DNA of 57,597 nt from a virus (taxonomy: Duplodnaviria > Caudoviricetes), in the IMG/VR virus record IMGVR_UViG_3300037119_000577, positions 1-57,597 of that record. One strand, 5' to 3'. Made by a program: the position numbers and the translations under genes. Under the pieces are notes generated by a model. It was not told the origin of the DNA. It did not search any database and was given only the letters and a program-made list of their open reading frames with translations. How positions within the stretch are numbered: the first letter of the stretch is position 1; every line of letters starts with the position of its first letter. Shown piece after piece: positions 8,375 through 17,751 of the stretch.

Positions 8375-9585
8375 TGGCGACCTCCCGCCATACGGCTCGT
8401 GCTAGTCCCGGCAACTTTGATGTCGATATACCAACGATTACAGTGACTTGACGCCGCGTATAGAGCGTCAATCTGTTTCAGTACGATCATGCGCTTCTTC
8501 CGTTTCTGTAACATTAGTCCCGGCTCGCCCCACTGACCCAGTAAACTAGCCTTCGTAGACGGGGCTCCCTTCTTAGTAAAGAACTTGGGCACCATCCCCA
8601 TCTTAATCATAAATAGGTGCACCAGTTGCGCCCCCGATCCGGGATTGAATTTCACTTCCTTGAGTGCCTTCGGGTCCCCGGCGCGGTACTTACGAAGACG
8701 GCCCTCCCGACCCTTGTCGGTCTTAACCTTACTCAACCACTTCTGTAGGCGGTCCTCTTCGACTTCCGCGATCTGAGGGGCGTACGCCGTCAAAAAGCGC
8801 TGCTCAATCTCGGTAATCTCCTTGGCGACGATTTCCCGGTTCTTAAGAGCGAGGGGCCGGTTAATCGGAACGCCCCGGATCTTAGCGCCCACCACGAAAT
8901 CCGCGGTCGACTTGTACAGCTGGTGATCGAGGGACCAGTCGTACCCGATCGTCACGAAATAGTCCGTGATGAACTTATAGAGGCGGAGGGTAATCTCAGT
9001 GTCCGCGACGTTGTAAGTACGCAGAATGTCCGGGGGCAGCCGATCGAGGTACATACCCTCCTGGCCCTTCTTAACCCCGGGCACGTTCGCCTTGATCCAG
9101 TCGTGGGCCTCTTTTTTATGGGAGACGGTTTCACCGAGGATCCGGAGGGCGCACTTAACGAGACCGAGGCCCGCGGTTGGGATCTTTTTAACCTCAGGGG
9201 TCTCCCCGTACTCAATAACAACGGACTCGTCGACCACGACTTCAAACGCGCTCTTGTCGCCCCCGTTATCATACACTTGCGCGAGGCGCATCGTATCGAA
9301 GGCCAAGTCGGGCTGTAGGTGCGGGTATCGACACAGGAAAACGCCCTTCTCGAATTGGTAGTTATGGACTATAAATTGGTAGCTGTCGGCGACAAGCTCG
9401 GCGATACGTTGGCCGACTTCGACTTCACCTACCAAGTACTCTGACCGGATCTCGTCCCCGACGAACTCGGAAAAGGCACACGACATTACCCGGAACAGGG
9501 GCCTGTAGTATTCGGTCGAGGCTCGAAAGGACCCGTCGGGCTGGAGTTCGCCGGTCTCAAAGTCCAAGCATATTATCTTATACAT
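8371..9585 (-). CDS. polA: Family A DNA polymerase, N-terminal (3'-5' exonuclease + thumb) piece
   Basis: ExoI CLDFETG, ExoII VHNYQFE, ExoIII YNVADT, FNPGS..QL, ends GTSTSRMAGGRH; start moved to ATG 9585. Confidence 0.9.
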   Translation of the reverse strand: MYKIICLDFETGELQPDGSFRASTEYYRPLFRVMSCAFSEFVGDEIRSEYLVGEVEVGQRIAELVADSYQFIVHNYQFEKGVFLCRYPHLQPDLAFDTMRLAQVYDNGGDKSAFEVVVDESVVIEYGETPEVKKIPTAGLGLVKCALRILGETVSHKKEAHDWIKANVPGVKKGQEGMYLDRLPPDILRTYNVADTEITLRLYKFITDYFVTIGYDWSLDHQLYKSTADFVVGAKIRGVPINRPLALKNREIVAKEITEIEQRFLTAYAPQIAEVEEDRLQKWLSKVKTDKGREGRLRKYRAGDPKALKEVKFNPGSGAQLVHLFMIKMGMVPKFFTKKGAPSTKASLLGQWGEPGLMLQKRKKRMIVLKQIDALYAASSHCNRWYIDIKVAGTSTSRMAGGRH

Positions 9586-9695
9586 AAGGTGAACATCTCC
9601 ACCGTGGGGCACATAGTCCGCATCGTAATCGTCGGGTATGTCCGCGACCATCTATAGTAACGGCCAAGTAAGAACGTATCTTCTACCCAATACAT
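9573..9695 (-). CDS. CPT-motif microprotein (40 aa)
   Basis: MYWVEDTFLLGRYYRWSRTYPTITMRTMCPTVEMFTLCIR. Confidence 0.75.
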   Translation of the reverse strand: MYWVEDTFLLGRYYRWSRTYPTITMRTMCPTVEMFTLCIR

Positions 9696-9700
9696 TCTTC

Positions 9701-9853
9701 TCACGGGCGCGCCTTAAATGGGTTACGGACGGATTGGGCGAACAACTTAATAGTCGGACAGCATACGTACTGCGCGGATATGCTCCACACCCTAAGCGTG
9801 GGTATGCGCATCCAGTGCGGCCCGTCCGGTACTCCGACGTCTCGCCAAAACAT
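9701..9853 (-). CDS. CPT-motif microprotein (50 aa)
   Basis: MFWRDVGVPDGPHWMRIPTLRVWSISAQYVCCPTIKLFAQSVRNPFKARP. Confidence 0.8.
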   Translation of the reverse strand: MFWRDVGVPDGPHWMRIPTLRVWSISAQYVCCPTIKLFAQSVRNPFKARP

Positions 9854-9972
9854 CAGCGCCTCAACATATTAACGGTGGGGCACGCCGCCGGATAAATGCT
9901 ACCTACGGCAGGACCGAGCCAATATAGGACCCTACCCCCGAGCTTGCCGTATACCCAAATCGACGTTACCAT
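9853..9972 (-). CDS. CPT-motif microprotein (39 aa)
   Basis: MVTSIWVYGKLGGRVLYWLGPAVGSIYPAACPTVNMLRR; TGATG overlap with the next gene. Confidence 0.75.
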   Translation of the reverse strand: MVTSIWVYGKLGGRVLYWLGPAVGSIYPAACPTVNMLRR

Positions 9973-10679
9973 ACGACTTCACCTGCCGAAGTTACGGAAA
10001 AATAACAGAGGGTTCCGTCCGTTGAAACATAGTTACCGGGCACCAGTAGCGAAAATCGCGTGTTCTTGCCGTTCGCATTATCGGAGAACGAAGCCAAAAT
10101 TGATCCGTCGTTGAGCCTTAAGAGCACCTCGTCGAACCCGGGCCCATTTCCGCACGGATCAATCGCCGCCACGGGGGTAAATGGGGTCGGAGGGGCGTCC
10201 AAACCGTTTTCGCCGTCCTCCCCGTTACACACCGTCGCCGACTGTTGGCCCGTGTCGAAGGGGGACCAGAGGCCGTCACGATCCGAGTCGAGGGCCGCCA
10301 ACCAGGTCACTCCTCCCGCGGGGCATCCGATTGCGGGGCCGAATTCAAATACGACAGAATACCCAGCAGGCCCCGTTGGACCATAATCGCCAGTAGCGCC
10401 GTTAGCACCGTCAGTACCAGAAACGCCCGTACTCCCCACAGAGCCAGTAGGACCGGCGCTCCCAGTAGGGCCTTGAGTACCGTTCGCGCCGTTTTCACCG
10501 GGGAGCCCATTCGTGCCGTCCTTACCGTCTTTTGGTTGTTGACCGGATTGTACCGTAGGGGGAGGGGTTGGCGCAGGGTCCGGTTGGGCGCACCCTTCGG
10601 TCACGCATTCCGACTGATAATAGACGCGCCCGCAGCCTATGATTAACGCGGCCGTTGCAAGTATTTTGACCAGGTACAC
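9966..10679 (-). CDS. Collagen-like (GXY repeat) lipoprotein
   Basis: Lipobox-like IIGC, long GXY tract, globular C-terminus. Confidence 0.8.
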   Translation of the reverse strand: MYLVKILATAALIIGCGRVYYQSECVTEGCAQPDPAPTPPPTVQSGQQPKDGKDGTNGLPGENGANGTQGPTGSAGPTGSVGSTGVSGTDGANGATGDYGPTGPAGYSVVFEFGPAIGCPAGGVTWLAALDSDRDGLWSPFDTGQQSATVCNGEDGENGLDAPPTPFTPVAAIDPCGNGPGFDEVLLRLNDGSILASFSDNANGKNTRFSLLVPGNYVSTDGTLCYFSVTSAGEVVW

Positions 10680-11365
10680 GAGATACCTCCCGAAAGATTG
10701 AGGAACATGCCCAAGGATTTTTGTAGACGCACCGACTTAAGAATACGGGGCACCAGCTGGGGGTAATTAGGGACGATCTTAAGAAAATGCGGATCGGCTT
10801 CATTAAGCTCGTATCCGGACCAGAGGGTTTCCCGATTAAAATGGTGAAGGATAACGTCCGCCTTCATCCGAAGCGCGCCGTACAGCTGATAAAGCATCAA
10901 CCGGTCGTCGTGCTGAAGAGACTCGGCCCAATTGGTAGCGGACTCCCGGGTGAGCACTCCCGACACACCAATCCGCGCCCCATGCCACAGTAGATAAGAG
11001 CCCGGCAAGGCCCACCGGTTCGTACACTGGGAGTATATGTAGAACGCCATGGACGCCGACATACTCAAGGTGTAACAATTGACAGTGCGCTTTTGGCCTT
11101 TGAGGAGGGCGATCAGGTTGATCAACTCCTGGCCCGCTGTAACCACGCCGCCCGGGGAGTCGATCAGGATGTCCACGGACTGCTTTGAGGGCACTAGGAG
11201 CCGCTGTTGGAGGGCGGCTTTGATAGGTGTGATCGACTCATCGGTAATCATGCCGTCGATAAAGATGAGGGGATCGGGTTCGGCGTCGGCGAACGTGGCC
11301 CACAGTAGGCAGCTAAGGACCGCCGCCAGAGTAACTAAAGACAGCCAATTAATAAACTTGCTCAT
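10643..11365 (-). CDS. ClpP/crotonase-like serine protease with signal peptide
   Basis: IDSPGG, SASMA (Ser), LLWH (His); hydrophobic N-terminus ending ADA. Confidence 0.8.
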   Translation of the reverse strand: MSKFINWLSLVTLAAVLSCLLWATFADAEPDPLIFIDGMITDESITPIKAALQQRLLVPSKQSVDILIDSPGGVVTAGQELINLIALLKGQKRTVNCYTLSMSASMAFYIYSQCTNRWALPGSYLLWHGARIGVSGVLTRESATNWAESLQHDDRLMLYQLYGALRMKADVILHHFNRETLWSGYELNEADPHFLKIVPNYPQLVPRILKSVRLQKSLGMFLNLSGGISCTWSKYLQRPR

Positions 11366-12210
11366 TTGCCCATCCTGTCCGCTTTAAGTTTCGCGAGTAA
11401 CGAAAGATCCGCAGGCATCGTAGGTTCTTGGATGTCCAGACCGGACAATCGCGGCGAAAAGTTCATTGCTTTCTTCTGGTTACCCGATTCGTCCTTCGAA
11501 ACCTTGGTGAGGTCGGTAAGAAACTGGAACTTGTACTTTGTTTCCCCGCCCCGCGTCATCTTACCGACGACCGCGATGTCCCCGAAATGCTGATTCAAGG
11601 ACTCCGCCAAACCGTAGCCGCCAAGCCGGGGGGCCGCCTCGTCGATAGCGCCAAACGCGTCCGTCGATTTGACATCCAGGACCCCCGTTACAACGATATG
11701 GGTACCGAGTTCCCGCTGGCATGCCTTGAGGAGGCCAATAACTTCGCCTAGGATTTCTTGGGTCGCTTCGGTCTCCTTGTACGTATTATGCTTACCCGCG
11801 GTAGTGCGGCACTTCTCCTTCCACTCCTGGGTACCTTTCACCATCGCTTCAAGGACCGCGAGACCGTCGACGGCAATCGCCTTGTACGCCTGGGACTTGA
11901 TGTACGCCTGGTCCATCAAGATCGCACGAAGGAACTCGAGGGACTCGTCGGAAGTAAAGGCGCGCTCGTCTTTCTCCCCGGGCCACACGCCATAGTCGAT
12001 GCACATTGGCTCGACATTAGCCTTACCTTGAACGGATGCGGTCTTCGGCCCGTGGGACTCTCGGAGCCCATACAGATAAAGCGTCTTAACGCCCAAGGTA
12101 CCGATACAATACGACTTTCCCGCGCCTTGACTTCCAAGCACAATAAGTTCAAGCAGTGGGTTCTTAAGAGCCTTAGCGGCGGACTTTTTCGCGGCGTCGA
12201 AGTTAAACAT
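11362..12210 (-). CDS. Sak4/AAA_24-like ATPase (recombination)
   Basis: GSQGAGKS Walker A, IAVDGL Walker B; size and context. Confidence 0.7.
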   Translation of the reverse strand: MFNFDAAKKSAAKALKNPLLELIVLGSQGAGKSYCIGTLGVKTLYLYGLRESHGPKTASVQGKANVEPMCIDYGVWPGEKDERAFTSDESLEFLRAILMDQAYIKSQAYKAIAVDGLAVLEAMVKGTQEWKEKCRTTAGKHNTYKETEATQEILGEVIGLLKACQRELGTHIVVTGVLDVKSTDAFGAIDEAAPRLGGYGLAESLNQHFGDIAVVGKMTRGGETKYKFQFLTDLTKVSKDESGNQKKAMNFSPRLSGLDIQEPTMPADLSLLAKLKADRMGK

Positions 12211-12448
12211 TACTTACGGTCTCCTTTGAGGTTCAAACGTTTAACCAGGTCCAAGTTAGCGGCCTTACGGTCCGCAGCTTCCCGGCGCTTAGCTTCCCAC
12301 TTCCGACGGGCCAGACGCTCGAGAGGGGTGCGACGACGGGACTGATCGTACGGGATCACTTGGGCCAAGCCAATGCTGCCCCCGAAGACCGAGACCCGGG
12401 CCGTTTGAAAGACCCGGTTAAGGACGGTATTAATATCTTTTTGATCAC

Positions 12449-12586
12449 TCATTGTTTGGTTCCTCCATTAAGCTTATCGTCGGTCCGTCTGGAAAACTTT
12501 AGCAGTTTCTCAGAACCGCAGCGAGGACAGCGGGTTACCTTGGTGCGCATTAATAGTCGGCAAGAGGCGCACTTGTATATAGTCAC
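12449..12586 (-). CDS. Zinc-ribbon microprotein (45 aa)
   Basis: Not in ORF track; YKCASC..RCPRCGS; overlaps both neighbours by 4 nt. Confidence 0.6.
   Translation of the reverse strand: MTIYKCASCRLLMRTKVTRCPRCGSEKLLKFSRRTDDKLNGGTKQ
12474..12501 (-). promoter_or_regulatory. sigma28-type promoter
   Basis: TAAAGTTT-N12-GACGATAA upstream of 12210..12452 and the Sak4-like gene. Confidence 0.65.
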
Positions 12587-13371
12587 CGGGACCCCGGCCG
12601 CAGAGACGCCTTCTTTTCCAGTGAAAGCAGATTGTTACGATCACGGGTCTCCGCGCCGCACTCGACGCATTTGTATCTTTGATACTTACCAACCGCGGTA
12701 AACTTGTAACCGTTCTTCTTAAACTCCGTGGATCCACAGTTACACTCAGTATCTAAGGATGCGGAATACATATTGAAATTGATCGAGTTATCCCACGGTT
12801 CGAGCTTCTTATAAAGTTCCTCGAGCGAGAGTACATCGTACTTATTATACCGCTCCATCTCTTTCCACGCCGCCAGATTGCCCGCGAGGCACTCCTTCCA
12901 CAATTCGAACCCGCCAAACTTCGCGTGCTTGATCTTCTTGTACTTAACGCACAGTTTGTCCGTCATGTACTCGAGCTTATTGGAAGTAAATTTGAAATGC
13001 TTGGACGCGATCTGTTTGGTATCAATATGCTTAAACGACGATGGGGGCTGAAATCCGTTGAGAATGAACCGCGCGTTCAATTTCTTCTGATCAAAGGACT
13101 TTCCATTTTGGGTGATTACGATATCGGCCTCGTTAAGGAGGTCCCAGATACCCTGGAGCAGCTTGCGGTCGTCTTGGATGTCCTTAACGCCCCGCTGATC
13201 CTTGTACATGATCTTGGTAGGCGGATCATGCAGCCACTTGGCGGACCACGAAAGTACGTGCCAGTCGGAATGGACCTGATTGAGGGCGACGTTGTTCTCC
13301 CAGAGACCCCACACATAGCCGAGCATGGGAGCCGTCTCTATATCAAAGATAAGGACCTTAGGCTTACTCAT
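12583..13371 (-). CDS. DnaQ/RNase H-like 3'-5' exonuclease with C-terminal Zn ribbon
   Basis: FDIET, QNGKSFD, HIDT, YNKYDV, CNCGS..CVECG. Confidence 0.85.
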   Translation of the reverse strand: MSKPKVLIFDIETAPMLGYVWGLWENNVALNQVHSDWHVLSWSAKWLHDPPTKIMYKDQRGVKDIQDDRKLLQGIWDLLNEADIVITQNGKSFDQKKLNARFILNGFQPPSSFKHIDTKQIASKHFKFTSNKLEYMTDKLCVKYKKIKHAKFGGFELWKECLAGNLAAWKEMERYNKYDVLSLEELYKKLEPWDNSINFNMYSASLDTECNCGSTEFKKNGYKFTAVGKYQRYKCVECGAETRDRNNLLSLEKKASLRPGSR

Positions 13372-13494
13372 TGTGTTATCATCCTAGCGGCAATAGATAG
13401 TACGCAAGCGGTCCCTGCTCCGAATATAGTAACCGACATACAGTAGCATAGCATCCAACAAATATCGGCTACCCGATCTCGGTATTCACCTAAA

Positions 13495-13776
13495 CTACTC
13501 ATCGTCAGACCTCATCGGGATGTTAAACTTGAGACCACGAACTTTAGCGAATGCTCGAGCCGCTTTCAGCTTAGATGCGAACTTACGTTTATTGTCTAAA
13601 TACTTAGTATCGCGGTAGTCCTTAAGTTCCGCCGTCATCTTCTCGATCTGCTCGTCAGATTTCATAGCCTCGTCTAACCGCTTAATACCCTCGAACAGCG
13701 AGCCAACTAAGTCCACTAGCTCCTCGTCGGTCATGTTTACGAGCCGCGCCTCTTCTAGAATGAGCTTATTTGCCAT
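13495..13776 (-). CDS. Hypothetical helical protein
   Basis: GAGG RBS before MANKLILEE. Confidence 0.55.
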   Translation of the reverse strand: MANKLILEEARLVNMTDEELVDLVGSLFEGIKRLDEAMKSDEQIEKMTAELKDYRDTKYLDNKRKFASKLKAARAFAKVRGLKFNIPMRSDDE

Positions 13777-13919
13777 GTATGCCTCGGCTTTAAAATGTTT
13801 ATCTCCATCGGGTGCCATGTATAGAAATCAGGCTCTTTAATCAAAAGGCACGTAGGGCAACTCCACCCCCGACTTGTAAAGAACGTCGTATACAGCGGCG
13901 TGGGTCCGCTATACGTCAA
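13755..13919 (-). CDS. Possible atypical CPT-motif microprotein (motif internal)
   Basis: TTG start; GWSCPTCLLI followed by a 27-aa tail; fills the gap between two genes. Confidence 0.4.
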   Translation of the reverse strand: MTYSGPTPLYTTFFTSRGWSCPTCLLIKEPDFYTWHPMEINILKPRHTWQISSF

Positions 13920-14331
13920 GATCCGCCCGCCATTTCCGGAGATCGTTTCGGAAGTCTTCGGGGTCAAAATTGGGGCAAGTCTTTCCGGCGTTGAATTCCC
14001 GATGCCCATAAACGTCCTTACTCTTAAGGCCGAATTCGTCCAAAAGGTCTGATACCAGTTCATACATTGACTCCCGTTGCACTTCAGTCATCCGGTCTCG
14101 CCCGATCCAACAAATACCGATAGACTCGGCGTTCTTCCCCTCGCAATGGGCTCCGCGTTGGTCAACCGGACGCCCATCTTCGATCGCGCCATTGCGACGG
14201 ATAACATAATGATATCCCACATCTTTCCAGCCGCGCCCTTTAACGTGCCATTCGCGGACCTCTCTTACGCCGACGTCTAGAGTATCGGGGCTGTCCGACG
14301 TATGCAGGATAATCATGGAAATTTTACGCAC
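13909..14331 (-). CDS. N-acetylmuramoyl-L-alanine amidase (T7 lysozyme-like endolysin)
   Basis: IILHTS, WH..RGWKDVGYHY, GAHC, GHRE..KTCP. Confidence 0.93.
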   Translation of the reverse strand: MRKISMIILHTSDSPDTLDVGVREVREWHVKGRGWKDVGYHYVIRRNGAIEDGRPVDQRGAHCEGKNAESIGICWIGRDRMTEVQRESMYELVSDLLDEFGLKSKDVYGHREFNAGKTCPNFDPEDFRNDLRKWRADLDV

Positions 14332-14758
14332 GCCAAATCTCCTTGATAGCGTAGCCCTGCGGGGTTACGTATAGCCCGAAGCGTTTTGCTACCAGCAGCT
14401 CGTAAGGGTCTGTACACTCGATCCATATAAGCGGGTCCGCGCAAAGCCTGTCTAAATTTTCAGCAAACCTTATACGCGCGACCTCTATACGCTCTTGGTG
14501 ACTATTGTCGTACAACTTTGCCAAATGCCGCATCGCCCGGCTGCGGTACCTGCTACTAGTCCACATACCCTTAGGCGTTCGTAGCAGGTCATAGTCCGTA
14601 CCGGGTCTAGAGTTAAATAGCTCGATTACGCGGGTCTTTAGCCCTGCATATGATAATAGGGCAGGCACGGTTAGATCGCCGAGATAGACTACTTCCCCGG
14701 AACTACGTACACCGTACTCCATTACAACTTTTGGCTTGAATAGGTCTCTAATCTTCAT
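14324..14758 (-). CDS. Hypothetical protein
   Basis: 144 aa with GAGGAGG RBS. Confidence 0.65.
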   Translation of the reverse strand: MKIRDLFKPKVVMEYGVRSSGEVVYLGDLTVPALLSYAGLKTRVIELFNSRPGTDYDLLRTPKGMWTSSRYRSRAMRHLAKLYDNSHQERIEVARIRFAENLDRLCADPLIWIECTDPYELLVAKRFGLYVTPQGYAIKEIWRA

Positions 14759-14832
14759 TTAACAACCCTCCTCGCGACTCGAAAATAACTTATCAACTAT
14801 TAATATCAACGTCAACATATTAATGTTTGCGC

Positions 14833-16293
14833 TTATGATTCTGCCCAAACTATAGACTCGACGAAGGACTTAGGCAACTTGTCCTTATACTGGCGAATGA
14901 GTCGGCTAAAGTTGCCGTCCAGAATGTAGGTCTTCGAAAAATCATCAGGATCCCGGGTGGACCGCCCGCACGCCTGGATCACCACTTTAAGCGTCTCGAG
15001 CGCGTACCAATCGTCCCCATCCTGGAGGGCCTTCCTCTTCGCAACAATCGGATCTTTGAGGTCGGGGAACGGGAGCTTAGGTATAATATTCAGGCGGCAC
15101 AGATCGCCCTTCAAGTCGATCCCCTCGGCGCACCCCGACGCCAGAAACACGCCCCCGTGCTGCTTAAAGAAGTCTAGCTTTTCAATCTTGTTCGTGGAGT
15201 CATTCACGATCACGGGCCCCGAAAAGTGGGGAGCCAGCTTCTTGGACATCGAGTACGTCGTATGGACCAAAGTATTAAGGCCCAGATTCGCCGCCAAGAT
15301 CTTCTCGATTTCGCCCACGATCTTCCGGGGGTCCGCCTCCCAATTCATCCGGAACGGGGCGGGCTTGAAGTACACGGGCCGATTCTCTTTGGGGATCGGG
15401 GAGGGCGCGTCTAGGAATTTAACGTGCCGATCGCCCACCAGATCGAGAATGTCGGACTGCATCAAGGTTCCCGACATTAAGATCAACTTCTTGGCTCTTA
15501 ATAGTTTATCAACGACGAACCGCGGAGGCCGGATGGGCTTAATATTAAGATACCGATCGGGCCTACCCCGGTACTTACCCGAATCGATCCACACCGCGTA
15601 ATTCTCGGGGGCCTCCTCCAGGCCGCGGAGGGTCATCCGGATTTGCTCGAGTTCGCGGGTTATTTCGGCGAACCGTGTGGGTTGGGCCTTATAGTAAATC
15701 GCGAGCGCGGACAGCTTTTTGATCTGATCCTGGAGCCACCGACCGAGGAATACGGTATTCGTGACGGTCTCGGGGAACTTGAACATCGAATACCGGAGCC
15801 GAGATCCGCACAACAAGAGGAGCATCGACGGAAGGGTGTGAGCCTCGTCGACTATCAGGACGTTCGGGTCCTCCCACCCCTCTGCCTGCGTAAGATAATA
15901 AAGCGACATAGGGTTAAAGAACGTCGGTTGCGTAAGGGCCCGCTGCTTACAAACGGTATAGGGGCAGTCCTGACACGCTTTTTGCTCAAGGGTGTTAGTC
16001 CAATCGTGGCACGAATAACCCGACGAGCAGTTATAATGGGTCTTCCCCTTCAAGAAATTCTTCTTTGGGTATGAAGCGGCGTACTGGTCGATCAGAAGGT
16101 TCGACGGCGTTATAACGTGGGCCCCGGTCACCAGGGAGATTGCCTGCGCTAAGGCGGACTTCCCGAGAGCGACGGGGAAATTGCCCGCGAGGATCGGGTG
16201 CTTCCAGTTTTCGGCGAACCACTCAAGAACGTCCTTCTGAACAGGTCGAGGAACGCGCGAGGTGCCATCGAAGTATTTAAGGAAGTCTACCAT
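14833..16293 (-). CDS. DinG/XPD-like SF2 helicase
   Basis: Q motif RPVQ, PVALGKS, Cys cluster, DEAH, MSGT, EGIDL, QACGRSTR. Confidence 0.9.
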   Translation of the reverse strand: MVDFLKYFDGTSRVPRPVQKDVLEWFAENWKHPILAGNFPVALGKSALAQAISLVTGAHVITPSNLLIDQYAASYPKKNFLKGKTHYNCSSGYSCHDWTNTLEQKACQDCPYTVCKQRALTQPTFFNPMSLYYLTQAEGWEDPNVLIVDEAHTLPSMLLLLCGSRLRYSMFKFPETVTNTVFLGRWLQDQIKKLSALAIYYKAQPTRFAEITRELEQIRMTLRGLEEAPENYAVWIDSGKYRGRPDRYLNIKPIRPPRFVVDKLLRAKKLILMSGTLMQSDILDLVGDRHVKFLDAPSPIPKENRPVYFKPAPFRMNWEADPRKIVGEIEKILAANLGLNTLVHTTYSMSKKLAPHFSGPVIVNDSTNKIEKLDFFKQHGGVFLASGCAEGIDLKGDLCRLNIIPKLPFPDLKDPIVAKRKALQDGDDWYALETLKVVIQACGRSTRDPDDFSKTYILDGNFSRLIRQYKDKLPKSFVESIVWAES

Positions 16294-16463
16294 ACGTTCC
16301 TCTTTCCTAGCTGAATGAACATATCTATCGTGGGGCACGCGGGAATAATTTTAATAGAGGCGGGCTGCCTAAGCCTGGCTAATTGCGCGCGGTCACGCTT
16401 ATAATTACATCTAATCCATATACCTTGGTACGCCGTCAACCACCCATCTTGTGGGTCGATCAT
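16287..16463 (-). CDS. CPT-motif microprotein (58 aa)
   Basis: MIDPQDGWL...IIPACPTIDMFIQLGKRNVW; ATGA-coupled to RuvC. Confidence 0.75.
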   Translation of the reverse strand: MIDPQDGWLTAYQGIWIRCNYKRDRAQLARLRQPASIKIIPACPTIDMFIQLGKRNVW

Positions 16464-16951
16464 CGCGCAGCCCAACATTTGTAGATCATTACGCTATCCG
16501 AAATGTCATCCGACACAATGTGGTGCGTGACCATATCGAATCCCGTTTCCGCAAGGGACCGGCAACCCTTAATATCCGCGGTCGGTCCGGCAGCCCCATT
16601 CTTCTTGGCCCACTGCTTCCACGACGAAGAGTAAATGAAGGACGCGGACTCCGACATCTTTGCATGGATCCGGGGGCAGCAGAGGAACGACCCGATCACA
16701 ATAAGGACCAGCCGAGACTTAACGCCCTCGAACAGGACTTTCTGAACGTCCAAACCGGGGGGCAGGTGCTCGTTAAGGAAGTCCGTAAGCTGCTCGAGCT
16801 GATACTGGACACGCCGGGAGAAGGGGTCCGTGGGCTTCCGCGAGCGGAGGACCGTGGTCGCGATCAGGTTGCCGTTGAGCCACAGGGACACCCCCGCGGC
16901 ATTTGACGCCTGATCGATCGAGAGGACGTAGCCAGCTTCCTTAGATTTCAC
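16460..16951 (-). CDS. RuvC-like Holliday junction resolvase
   Basis: LSIDQA..GVS, VLFE, SWK, DDISDS. Confidence 0.8.
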   Translation of the reverse strand: MKSKEAGYVLSIDQASNAAGVSLWLNGNLIATTVLRSRKPTDPFSRRVQYQLEQLTDFLNEHLPPGLDVQKVLFEGVKSRLVLIVIGSFLCCPRIHAKMSESASFIYSSSWKQWAKKNGAAGPTADIKGCRSLAETGFDMVTHHIVSDDISDSVMIYKCWAAR

Positions 16952-17070
16952 AGGGACGTCCTTTGCTCGGTTAGGGTTGGCCTTTTAATGACTTGCCAAG
17001 GTCAGTCAAGGTAGGCGCCCGTTGAAGCGCCTCGTTACGGGATTACTTCATGGGTAATTCCCTCCTTCGC

Positions 17071-17751
17071 TTACCAGTTGGAGACAGCTTTGATCTTAGC
17101 GTTAGCAGAGGCGGTGTACTCGAGGACCGACGCATACTTCTGGACCCGGATCTGATTGGCTTCGGCATGTGCAGAAGCGGCATCGAAATCCGCGAACACG
17201 AGGGCCTTGCCCCGGGTGTCAGCCAGCGTCGAACCGTCCGCCATAACGATATTGTAGACCTTGGTGCCGATCTCGTCCTTACCGATGTACTTGATGTAGT
17301 TACCGTCGAACCCGAGTTGGATCGTCATTGTGCGACCGATCAAGGCCTTAACGACGCCATCTTCAGCGGCCGTGAAGTTCTCGTTAAGAACGTCCTCGAG
17401 CGTCTCGATGGTAACAACGACGCCGAGCGCTTTCATGAACTTCTGAAACTTGCCGTACAAGAAAGTGGTCTTCTTGCCGGTGTCCGGATTGGTGTACTCA
17501 ACGTCCGCCATGGGGACAAGGAGGAACGCCGTCGTCGTCTTTTCGCCCAGACCTTCGAGGGTAAGTTTGAAGTTACCCCAATTCGGGTCACGGGCGGGAC
17601 CTTGGAACACCGCAGCCTGAATCGTCACGTCATGCTTGCCCGGATCGAGGTACTTCGATTTGAAGCCTCCCGACTCGGCCAACTTCTTTTGAAGTTCGTC
17701 CTCCGTCTTAATAACTGCCTTGGTTAGTTTAAATTTTGGAATGCTCGCCAT
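17071..17751 (-). CDS. Putative ssDNA-binding protein
   Basis: LDPGKHDVTI OB-type start; located among Sak4-like, Cas4-like and RuvC genes. Confidence 0.55.
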   Translation of the reverse strand: MASIPKFKLTKAVIKTEDELQKKLAESGGFKSKYLDPGKHDVTIQAAVFQGPARDPNWGNFKLTLEGLGEKTTTAFLLVPMADVEYTNPDTGKKTTFLYGKFQKFMKALGVVVTIETLEDVLNENFTAAEDGVVKALIGRTMTIQLGFDGNYIKYIGKDEIGTKVYNIVMADGSTLADTRGKALVFADFDAASAHAEANQIRVQKYASVLEYTASANAKIKAVSNW

